Positions 1-8,668 of a DNA stretch of 13,467 nucleotides are shown here, piece by piece; within the stretch, counting starts at the first letter, position 1; each line of letters begins with the position of its first letter. The notes below the pieces were generated by a model, which saw only the letters and a list, made by a program, of their open reading frames with translations, did not search any database and had not been told where the DNA came from. Both the position numbers and the translations under genes were made by a program. Source of the DNA: Bacteriovoracaceae bacterium (GTDB taxonomy: Bacteria; Bdellovibrionota; Bacteriovoracia; Bacteriovoracales; Bacteriovoracaceae); contig JBMYPC010000085.1 in NCBI GenBank assembly GCA_049599895.1, positions 1-13,467 on the forward strand, given 5' to 3'.

Positions 1-14
1 TTTGAGGAGGGGAA

Positions 15-3000
15 GTGGCAAATCCGTTACGCTTTATTACCGCGGCCAGCTTGTTCGATGGCCATGATGCTTCAATTAATATTATGAGGAGGCTGCTCCA
101 ATCAAAGGGAGCGGAGGTTATTCACCTTGGTCACAATCGTTCCGCTAAGGAAGTTGTGGATGCCTGTCTTCATGAAGACGCCCACGCTATTGCCGTGAGC
201 TCCTATCAAGGCGGACATAATGAATATTTTAAATATATTCGAGAGCTTCTTGATGAAGCCGGTGCAAAAGATGTCCGTATTTTTGGTGGTGGTGGGGGAG
301 TTATCACTCCTAAAGAAATCGATGAGCTTCATAAGGCGGGGATAACAAAAATCTATTCCCCTCAAGATGGGATGACTCTTGGGCTTGTGGGAATTATTGA
401 TGACATGATTGAAAGGGCGAAGCATTCGACCCTAGATACTATTGATCATTCTAAGCTCAAGTTTGATTCTTTAACAGATTCACAAATTGCTAAAACCATT
501 ACTCATATCGAAGAAAAAGGTGAATTACCTGAAGGGACTCTTAAAGAAAAAGAAATACCTGTTCTTGGGATTACCGGAACAGGTGGTGCTGGAAAAAGTT
601 CTTTAATTGATGAACTTCTTTTAAGGTTTGCTCACTATGCAAATGATGTGAGAGTTGCACTTGTTTCAGTTGATCCGACGAAAAAGAAAACTCAAGGGGC
701 ACTTTTAGGAGATCGAATTCGTCTGGGTGCTGCAAGCTATCCCAATTTTTATATTCGCTCACTTGCCACAAGAAACTCAGGAACGGAGCTGTCTCCCCAT
801 ATTGAAAAAGTTGTAAGCTTTTTAAAATCCCAAGACTTTAAGTTAATTATTGTAGAAACTTCTGGAATTGGACAGGCTTCGGATGCCATTACTAAAGTCG
901 CTGATAAGTGTCTCTATGTGATGACTCCTGAATATGGAGCTCAGACGCAACTTGAGAAAATTGAGATGCTTGAGTCCGCTGATTTTATTGCTCTTAATAA
1001 GTTTGAAAAGCCAAGAAGTGAAGACTCTCTTCGTGATATCAGAAAGCAGTATCGAAGAAACCATGGACTCTTTCACGAAAAAGAAGATCATGAACTTCCT
1101 GTTTATGGAACAATGGCCTCAAAGTTTAATGATCCTGGTGTGAATGCACTTTTTAAAGATCTTGTAAGTTCTCTTGAAATTAAAGCAAGCATTCCTGACG
1201 ATTTAAAATGTTCAAAACAAAATCAAGAGAAGTTTCCACTCATCGCGCCTGAAAGAAGTCTTTATTTAAGAGAAATTGCTGGAGCCGTTCGAAGTTATAA
1301 TAAAGAAACAGAACAAACTTTTGATCTTTTAAAAGATTACGAGTCCTTGGTTCAAGTTGAAAAACTTCTTAAAGATAAAAGTGAAGTCGAAGAATTAAAA
1401 AAGAAGGTGGAAAAGGAAATTGGATCGGAGGTTTTCCGGTCACTTGAAACCTTACAAAAAACCATCAAAGAATATAATGATGGGCAATTCACTTATAAAG
1501 TTCGAGATAAAGAGATTAAAGTTGAAACAAAATATGAGTCTTTGTCAGGAACTCAAATCCTAAGAGCCGGAGTTCCTCGAACAAAGAACCTTTCTTCGCT
1601 TTACCGTTTTATGAGAAGAGAAAATATTCCAGGCTTTTTTCCATACGCCTCAGGGATTTTCCCATTTAAAAGAACGGATGAAGAACCAAAAAGAATGTTC
1701 GCTGGTGAAGGTGGACCTAAAAGAACCAATGAAAGGTTTCATTTTCTTTCAAAAAATGATCCTGCAAAAAGGCTTTCAACGGCTTTTGATAGTGTGACTC
1801 TCTATGGAGAGGATCCTGACAAACGTCCCGATATTTTTGGGAAAATTGGTGAAGCAGGAGTGAGCATCGCCACTCTTGAAGACATGAAAGATCTTTATTC
1901 TGGCTTTGATCTGAGTTCTCCTAATACTTCTGTTTCCATGACAATTAATGGACCTGCTCCAATCATTCTCGCTCTTTTTATGAACACGGCAATTTCTCAA
2001 CAACTTGAAGGTGATGATTACCTCGACGATGAAAAACGTATTGAAGTGATGAGAAAAATTCGAGGAACAGTTCAAGCGGATATTCTTAAAGAAGACCAAG
2101 CGCAAAATACTTGTATCTTCTCGCTTGAATTTTCCTTAAAGATGATGGGAGATGTTCAAGAGTATTTCTGCAAAAATGCGATTCGAAACTATTATACTGT
2201 TTCGATTTCGGGATACCATATTGCCGAAGCTGGAGCGAACCCAATTTCTCAGGTTGCTTTTACGATGGCGAATGGCTTTACTTATGTTGAGTACTATAGA
2301 AGTCGTGGACTTGATGTAGATGATTTTTGCCAGAACTTTTCATTCTTTTTTAGTAATGGTCTTGATCCTGAGTATGCGGTGATTGGTCGCGTCGCTAGAA
2401 AAATTTGGGCTGTGGCCGTTCGTGATCTTTATGGCGCAAAAGAAAAAGCTCAGAAGTTTAAATATCATATTCAAACATCAGGAAGATCTCTTCATGCTCA
2501 GGAGATGTCTTTCAATGACATTCGAACTACTCTTCAGGCCTTCCTCGCTTTAAGTGATAATTGTAACTCTCTTCATACCAATGCTTATGACGAAGCGATT
2601 ACGACTCCGACAAAAGAAAGTGTAAGAAGGGCGATGGCAATTCAAATGATTATCAATAGAGAGTTTGGGCTTAATAAGACCGATAATCCTCTACAGGGAA
2701 GTTTTATTATTGATGAACTGACGGATCTTGTTGAAGAAGCCATTCTCTCAGAGTTCGAAAGAATCTCCGATCGTGGTGGCGTTCTCGGCGCAATGGAGAG
2801 TATGTACCAAAGAGGAAAGATTCAAGAAGAGTCGCTTTATTATGAAAGCAAAAAAGACTCGGGCGAACTTCCGATCATCGGTGTGAATACTTATATCTCA
2901 GATACTGTAGATGAAGATCTTAACCGCGAGATTGAACTTTCAAGATGTACAGATGAAGAGAAAATGGATCAAATCAATCGTCTGAATAGTTTTAAAGAGA

Positions 3001-3164
3001 GCAATATTAATAAATCTGAGGAAGCTTTAAGAAGACTTACTGAAGTTGTGATTAATGATGGCAATATTTTTGAGGAACTTTTAAGTACTACGAACTATTG
3101 CTCCCTTGGTGAGATCACAAATTGTCTCTATAAAGTCGGTGGAAGATATCGAAGGAATATGTAA
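15..3164 (+). CDS. icmF: Fused isobutyryl-CoA mutase (B12-binding domain + MeaB-type GTPase + mutase TIM barrel)
   Basis: N-terminal B12-binding FDGHDASINIMRR. P-loop GITGTGGAGKSS, LLGDRIR, ETSGIGQ and NKFE form the GTPase motifs. The mutase domain has RMFAGEG, RLSTAFDSVTLYG, ISGYHIAEAGA, HIQTSGRSL and SLHTNAYDE. GTG start with Shine-Dalgarno (SD) GAGGAGG at 4-10. Confidence 0.96.
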   Translation: MANPLRFITAASLFDGHDASINIMRRLLQSKGAEVIHLGHNRSAKEVVDACLHEDAHAIAVSSYQGGHNEYFKYIRELLDEAGAKDVRIFGGGGGVITPKEIDELHKAGITKIYSPQDGMTLGLVGIIDDMIERAKHSTLDTIDHSKLKFDSLTDSQIAKTITHIEEKGELPEGTLKEKEIPVLGITGTGGAGKSSLIDELLLRFAHYANDVRVALVSVDPTKKKTQGALLGDRIRLGAASYPNFYIRSLATRNSGTELSPHIEKVVSFLKSQDFKLIIVETSGIGQASDAITKVADKCLYVMTPEYGAQTQLEKIEMLESADFIALNKFEKPRSEDSLRDIRKQYRRNHGLFHEKEDHELPVYGTMASKFNDPGVNALFKDLVSSLEIKASIPDDLKCSKQNQEKFPLIAPERSLYLREIAGAVRSYNKETEQTFDLLKDYESLVQVEKLLKDKSEVEELKKKVEKEIGSEVFRSLETLQKTIKEYNDGQFTYKVRDKEIKVETKYESLSGTQILRAGVPRTKNLSSLYRFMRRENIPGFFPYASGIFPFKRTDEEPKRMFAGEGGPKRTNERFHFLSKNDPAKRLSTAFDSVTLYGEDPDKRPDIFGKIGEAGVSIATLEDMKDLYSGFDLSSPNTSVSMTINGPAPIILALFMNTAISQQLEGDDYLDDEKRIEVMRKIRGTVQADILKEDQAQNTCIFSLEFSLKMMGDVQEYFCKNAIRNYYTVSISGYHIAEAGANPISQVAFTMANGFTYVEYYRSRGLDVDDFCQNFSFFFSNGLDPEYAVIGRVARKIWAVAVRDLYGAKEKAQKFKYHIQTSGRSLHAQEMSFNDIRTTLQAFLALSDNCNSLHTNAYDEAITTPTKESVRRAMAIQMIINREFGLNKTDNPLQGSFIIDELTDLVEEAILSEFERISDRGGVLGAMESMYQRGKIQEESLYYESKKDSGELPIIGVNTYISDTVDEDLNREIELSRCTDEEKMDQINRLNSFKESNINKSEEALRRLTEVVINDGNIFEELLSTTNYCSLGEITNCLYKVGGRYRRNM

Positions 3165-3737
3165 TTGAAAAAATCGAAGATTTATACAAAAACGGGAGAT
3201 CAGGGGCAGACTTCAATCCTCTCAGGTGATCGCGTTTTAAAAAGTGATGAAAGAATTGAGCTCTACGGAGAACTTGATGAGCTCAACTCTTTTATCGGTC
3301 ATGCTCTTTCTTTTGAAGAGGGGAAGTTTCAGAACATCAAAACCACTCTTATCTCAGTTCAAAATGATATTTTTCAAATGGGATCTCGTGCAGCTTGTCC
3401 TATCTGTCAAAGAGAGAAATATGGCCTTACAGAGATCTCAAAAGAGAAAGTTGAGGCACTTGAAACTGAGATAGACAGGCTTGATCATGAATTAGATGAG
3501 CTTAAAAACTTTATCCTCCCTGGGGGAAACTCTTTTGCTTCTTCACTTCATATCTGCCGAACAGTCACCAGGAGAGTTGAAAGACGGGCGATCAAACTTC
3601 ATTCTGAACTCGATGATTACTTTGGTGACGTCGAACTAAAATTTTTAAACCGATTGTCTGATTATCTTTTTGTGGCTTCAAGATTTGTAAATGCTAAGCT
3701 TGGAATTCAAGAGACAATTTGGAAAAGTAATAGCTAA
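3165..3737 (+). CDS. PduO-type cob(I)alamin adenosyltransferase
   Basis: KIYTKTGDQGQT, RIELYGELDELNS, FILPGG, HICRTVTRRVER and LNRLSDYLFVASR are the PduO/MMAB signature motifs. The TTG start directly follows the icmF TAA. Confidence 0.95.
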   Translation: MKKSKIYTKTGDQGQTSILSGDRVLKSDERIELYGELDELNSFIGHALSFEEGKFQNIKTTLISVQNDIFQMGSRAACPICQREKYGLTEISKEKVEALETEIDRLDHELDELKNFILPGGNSFASSLHICRTVTRRVERRAIKLHSELDDYFGDVELKFLNRLSDYLFVASRFVNAKLGIQETIWKSNS

Positions 3738-4303
3738 CCATTTTTCTTAAAAAGATTTACGACTTTAGTAAGAACATCCTTACCGTCAGTTCCTTCATCT
3801 TTTTTTGGCTTTTTGATTTTCTTAGAAGGCTTTAGTTTTTTTCTTGCTTCAAGAGAGACAAGCTTTGTTTCTTTGGTTGCTTCATCATCTCCGTCGCTAC
3901 TTAAATCTTTAACAACGGGAGACTTTTGAGGGGCATCAACTTTAAGATCAAGAAACTTTGTTTTAGCAAGTTGCGACTTTCTTGTAAGAAGAGCTCTTTC
4001 ACTTCTGGTGAGGCTTTTCTTGTCAATTTCAATTTTAATTGTTCCAAGAGTGAGAACTTCTCCAATATAGAGATGAGAAGAAACAACCTTGATTCCATTA
4101 ACGTAAGTTCCATTGGTTGAATTCAAGTCAGTAATAACCACTTTGCCGTCGTCATCAAGGTAGATCTCACAATGCTTTGAACTAAGAAGGCCATCAGAGA
4201 ATTTCACGTTACAACTTGAGGCGCGCCCAAGCACAAGTGGCTTAGAATTCAGCCTGACGTTGTGACATTTGCCGTTAACGTAAATGTTAATTGATATCGA
4301 CAT
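3734..4303 (-). CDS. FHA domain protein with Lys-rich low-complexity C-terminal tail
   Basis: FHA motifs LGR, SSKH and DLNSTNGTYVNG. ATG at 4303 with upstream AAGGAAG is preferred over the TTG at 4321. Confidence 0.9.
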   Translation of the reverse strand: MSISINIYVNGKCHNVRLNSKPLVLGRASSCNVKFSDGLLSSKHCEIYLDDDGKVVITDLNSTNGTYVNGIKVVSSHLYIGEVLTLGTIKIEIDKKSLTRSERALLTRKSQLAKTKFLDLKVDAPQKSPVVKDLSSDGDDEATKETKLVSLEARKKLKPSKKIKKPKKDEGTDGKDVLTKVVNLFKKNG

Positions 4304-4427
4304 ATCTTCCTTTGAGGGCAAGCTTGCGCAATTTTATCTTTATCGATCATTTAAACTATCGGTTTAAGTTACTAGAAACATTAGGACTAAGTTGTGTCTA
4401 ACATATTGAGATTACTAGACAAAAGTT

Positions 4428-4436
4428 TGCTATACT
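4428..4436 (+). promoter_or_regulatory. Putative extended -10 promoter (TGcTATACT) for the iscA-ygfZ pair
   Basis: TGn-TATACT matches the sigma70 extended -10 element. TTGAGA at 4406-4411 lies 19 bp upstream. Confidence 0.4.
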
Positions 4437-4575
4437 AAAAACGAGTAGTTTTTAGGCGCCGCAGGCAACTAGCGCGCGTCAGCAAGCGGATGTCAAAGCG
4501 CAAGATTATAGGGATTTACAGAGTTTTTGTGTTATATGCTAAACTCAAGTTTTGGAATTCATCGAGGAGACCTAA

Positions 4576-4914
4576 GTGGCTGAAAATACAATTGTGGAAA
4601 TTACAGACAAGGCCATTGAGCAAATTAAGCATATTTTTAGTGGCCAAGAGAACACTGAGGCGCGAGGGCTTCGTTTGAAAGTCGTCGGTGGTGGTTGTTC
4701 TGGGCTAACTTATAATATGGACTTTGATGAACAAAAAGAAAAAGACAATGTCTTTGAGTTTGGTGAAGTTAAGGTTCTTATTGATCTTAAGTCATCGATC
4801 TATTTAAAAGGGGTGACTCTCGATTATAAAGACGGCCTTAATGGAAAAGGTTTTGTTTTTGTAAATCCCAACGCGACCAACACCTGCGGTTGTGGTGAAT
4901 CTTTTAGCGTCTAG
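4576..4914 (+). CDS. iscA: HesB/IscA/ErpA family A-type Fe-S cluster carrier
   Basis: GGGCSG and C-terminal NPNATNTCGCGESFSV give the three conserved Cys. GTG start with SD GAGGAG. The paralog (iscA/erpA/sufA) cannot be resolved by eye. Confidence 0.93.
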   Translation: MAENTIVEITDKAIEQIKHIFSGQENTEARGLRLKVVGGGCSGLTYNMDFDEQKEKDNVFEFGEVKVLIDLKSSIYLKGVTLDYKDGLNGKGFVFVNPNATNTCGCGESFSV

Positions 4915-4916
4915 CT

Positions 4917-6434
4917 ATGCTCGATCAAGAAATAGAACGAATTCGATACTCCGGTGGATCTTTTCATTTGAAAGACTATGCAGTTGTGGAGCTATCAGGA
5001 TCTGATGCGAGCTCTTTTTTGCACAATTTTTCTACCAGTAATGTGGAAGGCCTTAAAGAATTTGAGTTCAACCTCAGCGCTCGTTTGAATATCCGGGCCC
5101 AGGTACTTTTTTATTTTTATATCCTGAAAAGATCAAAAGAGCTTTTTCATCTCGTGATTCCAAAGTCGTTTTTAAAAGAGTTATCTTCAGAGTTTGAGAA
5201 GTTTATTATTGCTGAAGATGTTGAGTACGAGACAAAGCCTTTGGATGTCATTGTTCACATCTCAAAAGCTCTCGAAGAGAATATTTTTAAAGGCCGTTTC
5301 TTAGAAGAAGAAGCGGGCCTTGAGCTTATTGATGGAGCTGAGTCTCAAAGCTACGATGACTTAGAAATTTTAAATGAGCTTTCATTTTTTTCAGGAGTTT
5401 GCCTAAATCAAGAGAACTTTCAAGCAGAGCTTGTGAATAATACAAGACTTAATGAAGTTGCTGTTGATTATCAAAAAGGTTGCTTTCTTGGACAAGAGAC
5501 TGCAGCTAAGATTCATGTGAACCGAGGAGCGGCAAAGTTCCCGGCTTTATTAGAAATTGGTGGTGATTTTCAAAAGAAAGAAATTACTCTTTCGGGAAAT
5601 AAAAATATTACGATCGAAGAGATAAAAACCTGGAAGGGAAAAACTCTTCTTAAGACAACGCTTTCAAGAGACTTTCTTCTTGATGATTTAGAAGTTGATA
5701 TTGGTGATGGAGTCCAAGCGAAAGTAAAACGTTTTCCTTATTTTAAGGATGGGCGCTTAACTGAAAAAGCCCAGGTGGTATTTGAAAAAGCAGTCGCTTT
5801 TTTTAGCCAGGGAGAGTATGAAAAAGCTCTTGATCATTTCAAAAAAGCCATCGAGTTCGATCCTACTTTTGCAGATGCCTATGAATCTTTAGGAGTTCTC
5901 TATGGACGTCTTGAACAATACGAAAAGGCAATTGAACAAATGGATAAACTTTTAAAAGTCGATCCCGATTCAGTTATGGCCCATACCAATAAGTCTCTTT
6001 ATTTTATGAAACTTGGAAAAATTGAAGAAGCAGAAGAAGAAAAGTCTAATGCTACTGTGAAGTCATTCGCTCAGTTTGGAAAAGAAGCGAAAGAGAAAAA
6101 AGAAAAAGAAGCGCAAAAAGAAGCGCTAGAAAGAGAACGAGAAACCAAGAAGAAAATGTTTCACGAAGTTCTTGAAATTGATCCCGATGATGAGTTTGCT
6201 AATACAAGCTTAGGTGGGATTTATCTTGAAGAGCAAGAGTTTGATAAGGCCAAGACATACCTTGAGAAATCATATGAAATTGATCCCAAAAACCCACAAA
6301 TGCTTTTATCTCTTTGTAAGCTAAGGAAAAATGAAGGTGATTCGAGTTGGGTTGAGCTTAAAAATCTTGGTATCGACATCGCTTTAAAGAAAGGTCGTCA
6401 AAAAATCGCTCTTGAACTTCAGAAAATCTTATAA
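4917..6434 (+). CDS. ygfZ: YgfZ/Iba57 (GcvT-fold folate-binding Fe-S maturation factor) fused to C-terminal TPR repeats
   Basis: VVELSGSDASSFL opens the GcvT fold. The signature KGCFLGQE lies at 5475-5498. From about aa 283 there are TPR repeats (ALDHFKKAIEFDPTFADAYESLG, VLEIDPDDEFANTSLG, SYEIDPKNPQ). The gene starts 2 nt after the iscA stop. Confidence 0.88.
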   Translation: MLDQEIERIRYSGGSFHLKDYAVVELSGSDASSFLHNFSTSNVEGLKEFEFNLSARLNIRAQVLFYFYILKRSKELFHLVIPKSFLKELSSEFEKFIIAEDVEYETKPLDVIVHISKALEENIFKGRFLEEEAGLELIDGAESQSYDDLEILNELSFFSGVCLNQENFQAELVNNTRLNEVAVDYQKGCFLGQETAAKIHVNRGAAKFPALLEIGGDFQKKEITLSGNKNITIEEIKTWKGKTLLKTTLSRDFLLDDLEVDIGDGVQAKVKRFPYFKDGRLTEKAQVVFEKAVAFFSQGEYEKALDHFKKAIEFDPTFADAYESLGVLYGRLEQYEKAIEQMDKLLKVDPDSVMAHTNKSLYFMKLGKIEEAEEEKSNATVKSFAQFGKEAKEKKEKEAQKEALERERETKKKMFHEVLEIDPDDEFANTSLGGIYLEEQEFDKAKTYLEKSYEIDPKNPQMLLSLCKLRKNEGDSSWVELKNLGIDIALKKGRQKIALELQKIL

Positions 6435-6557
6435 TTCTTACATGATTCTCCTTTAATTTCATAACCTTAGAGAAAGTTTTACTCAGTCCATTCACGATTG
6501 AGTGTCGATTCGTTATTTACTTCTTTAAAGAAGTACTCGTTCATTCACGGGGGGAAT

Positions 6558-8666
6558 GTGAGTCTAAGACTAGCGCCAGCAATTTTAATCATTTTTACTT
6601 TCTTTCTTAGTCTAGAGAGTCAGGCAAGGCCAAATTGTTTAAGTGCGATCGTAAAGTCCGTTGCTTCTCACAAAAGAAACTCTCTTCCCTCAAAACTTGA
6701 AAAACAACTTATAAAATCAAAAGACTTCAACCTCACTGAAACCCGTGAAATTAACGATGTCATTGATTCCCTTTATTTCATTGATTACTACCATCAAATG
6801 AATCTGATCTATCAGGCTAGATATGCTGAAAATACCTTGGGTCAGCTTGATATTCCCTTTCTTTACGATGCTAGCACTGAGAAGACTTCAGCTTTTAAAA
6901 ATTATAAGCGAGCACTCAAATTTCTTCGTGAGGAGAAACCGAAGTTTAACTGGGAAGGTTTAACAGAAACTCATAGGGCCCTTATGCGAGGTAGGATTGA
7001 AGAACTTCCTGCTGGAGCTTTAGGAAAGGCGAGAAATTATACAAACTTAGGTTCAGAAACAGACCTTACAGATGCTCAGATCAAGACACTTAAAGATAAC
7101 CCCTATCTTACATTGGTAGAAGAAACAAAAACCTGGGATATCTATTATCCATCAGTCGATTATTCAGATGACTCTGTATTTGAACTTATAAAGTCCGGGC
7201 ACCCTGATCTTTATAAAAGAATTCACGACTATCGAAACGGAAACGGTGGTTCGGTTAAATCATTAACGGTAGAGCTTACGACGGCAATGACTGAAGATCT
7301 GATGGCCTGGTTTGTAAGGGAGAAAGATCAGATTGGAGCAATTAAGACTGTCGCTGATCTAAGAAAGTTTGTTAAGATTGTTGCTAAGTTTCAAAGAGAC
7401 CTCATCTCAATTCATCCGTTTGGTGATGGTAATGGTCGAACAGTGAGAATGTTTGCTCTGTATATGCCTTTTATGCAAGCGGGGATTCCAAGACCTCGTA
7501 TCACGAACCCTAACAATGATTACATTGTTCCTTTAAAAGAATGGGAAGAACAGATCCTTGAAGGGATTCAATCATCTTACCAACTTTATAATGATCTCTT
7601 TGATCGAATTCAAGACGGTCGCTCTCTTAGATTTAGTCCCTATCTCTATTTGCCTCAGATTCCTGAGTATGCACAAGTCGCAGTCAAAGGAAAAAGAGGA
7701 GCAAAACCAGTTCGAAAGGCCATTAATCCTCAGCAGGTTGCAACTTATTTTGATTATCTAGGTAATCATCCAGGCTATTCTGACTGGCATTACACCTTTG
7801 AAGCAGCTCCCTTTAAGGCTTTAGATGAGCTTGAACAAATGTATCTTGAGTTTACGAAAAGAACTCAAGGTGTTTATCACCATAAAAAAAGAGGAAAACT
7901 TGATATTTCAGTTAACCTCCTGGGGCCTGATTTTAGAGCCGACTTCTTTAACGCGAAATATTTAGATCCTGAAAGTTACAAGGCCAAAATGGACAAATGG
8001 TATATGAATCAAACCGTTTGGCGTGGACTTCCTTACCAAGAAGAAGAAGTGACGGAGAAAGAGATCCTTGAACTCTTTACGGGATTCTCAAATAATTTCA
8101 TTGCGATGAATATTGGTTACGCTACTACTCAAAAGCAATTTGTAAAAAAGATTAATAAAGAGTTTGATCGCTTTAATGAAATGTTGGTGAGCGGTGAGTA
8201 TATCGATTACGTTCGAGGTCATGTCAATGGTACCGAGAAGTATGACTATAGCTTTGGTTATTCCACTTCAAGAGAGAGAAGCTCTGCAAAGGGTTATGCC
8301 ATGGGGCTTTTGGTGATCGGTGATTATAAGACTTATCGAAAGCGCCAAGATCAATTGAAATCACGAGTCTTAATGGGAGTTCAACGATGTCATAAAGACA
8401 TTGATGTTTCGATCTTGAGGCAGGTGGATGATCGTTTCCGCTATAAGTATCCAAGACAAAGAGAAGTTCTAGGAATTGGTGCCGCTGATCCTGATTCGAT
8501 GAGAATTGTTCAAACTTTGGATGATGATGGAGAAGTGATCTTTTCTTATCTTCGAAACCCCGAGAAGCCTTATGAAGTCTTAAAAATCAAAGGGCAACAT
8601 GACCCAGATTCTAAAAGGCTACCTGCTAAGTCTCGAATTCTAGAAGTCTTTGACCTACGAAAATAA
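6558..8666 (+). CDS. Secreted Fic-domain protein with putative C-terminal R-S-E class ADP-ribosyltransferase domain
   Basis: Likely GTG start at 6558 after a GGGGGGA SD-like run, giving the signal peptide MSLRLAPAILIIFTFFLSLESQA. Canonical Fic motif HPFGDGNGRTVR at 7413-7448. ART-like motifs WRG (8019-8027), STS (8262-8270) and QRE (8457-8465). The Fic call is strong; the ART call is moderate. Confidence 0.8.
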   Translation: MSLRLAPAILIIFTFFLSLESQARPNCLSAIVKSVASHKRNSLPSKLEKQLIKSKDFNLTETREINDVIDSLYFIDYYHQMNLIYQARYAENTLGQLDIPFLYDASTEKTSAFKNYKRALKFLREEKPKFNWEGLTETHRALMRGRIEELPAGALGKARNYTNLGSETDLTDAQIKTLKDNPYLTLVEETKTWDIYYPSVDYSDDSVFELIKSGHPDLYKRIHDYRNGNGGSVKSLTVELTTAMTEDLMAWFVREKDQIGAIKTVADLRKFVKIVAKFQRDLISIHPFGDGNGRTVRMFALYMPFMQAGIPRPRITNPNNDYIVPLKEWEEQILEGIQSSYQLYNDLFDRIQDGRSLRFSPYLYLPQIPEYAQVAVKGKRGAKPVRKAINPQQVATYFDYLGNHPGYSDWHYTFEAAPFKALDELEQMYLEFTKRTQGVYHHKKRGKLDISVNLLGPDFRADFFNAKYLDPESYKAKMDKWYMNQTVWRGLPYQEEEVTEKEILELFTGFSNNFIAMNIGYATTQKQFVKKINKEFDRFNEMLVSGEYIDYVRGHVNGTEKYDYSFGYSTSRERSSAKGYAMGLLVIGDYKTYRKRQDQLKSRVLMGVQRCHKDIDVSILRQVDDRFRYKYPRQREVLGIGAADPDSMRIVQTLDDDGEVIFSYLRNPEKPYEVLKIKGQHDPDSKRLPAKSRILEVFDLRK

Positions 8667-8668
8667 GC

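Noticed and set aside
4490..4678. 62-aa ORF overlapping the iscA start
   Set aside because: It overlaps a well-supported gene out of frame and has no recognisable motif.
6438..6456. Minus-strand AAGGAG followed by ATG-TAA (start-stop mini-ORF) just after ygfZ
   Set aside because: SD spacing is short, there is no evident promoter, and chance occurrence is plausible.
6498..6557. TTG start and first 20 codons of the Fic ORF
   Set aside because: There is no SD. The GTG at 6558 has an SD-like G-run and places the signal peptide at the N-terminus.
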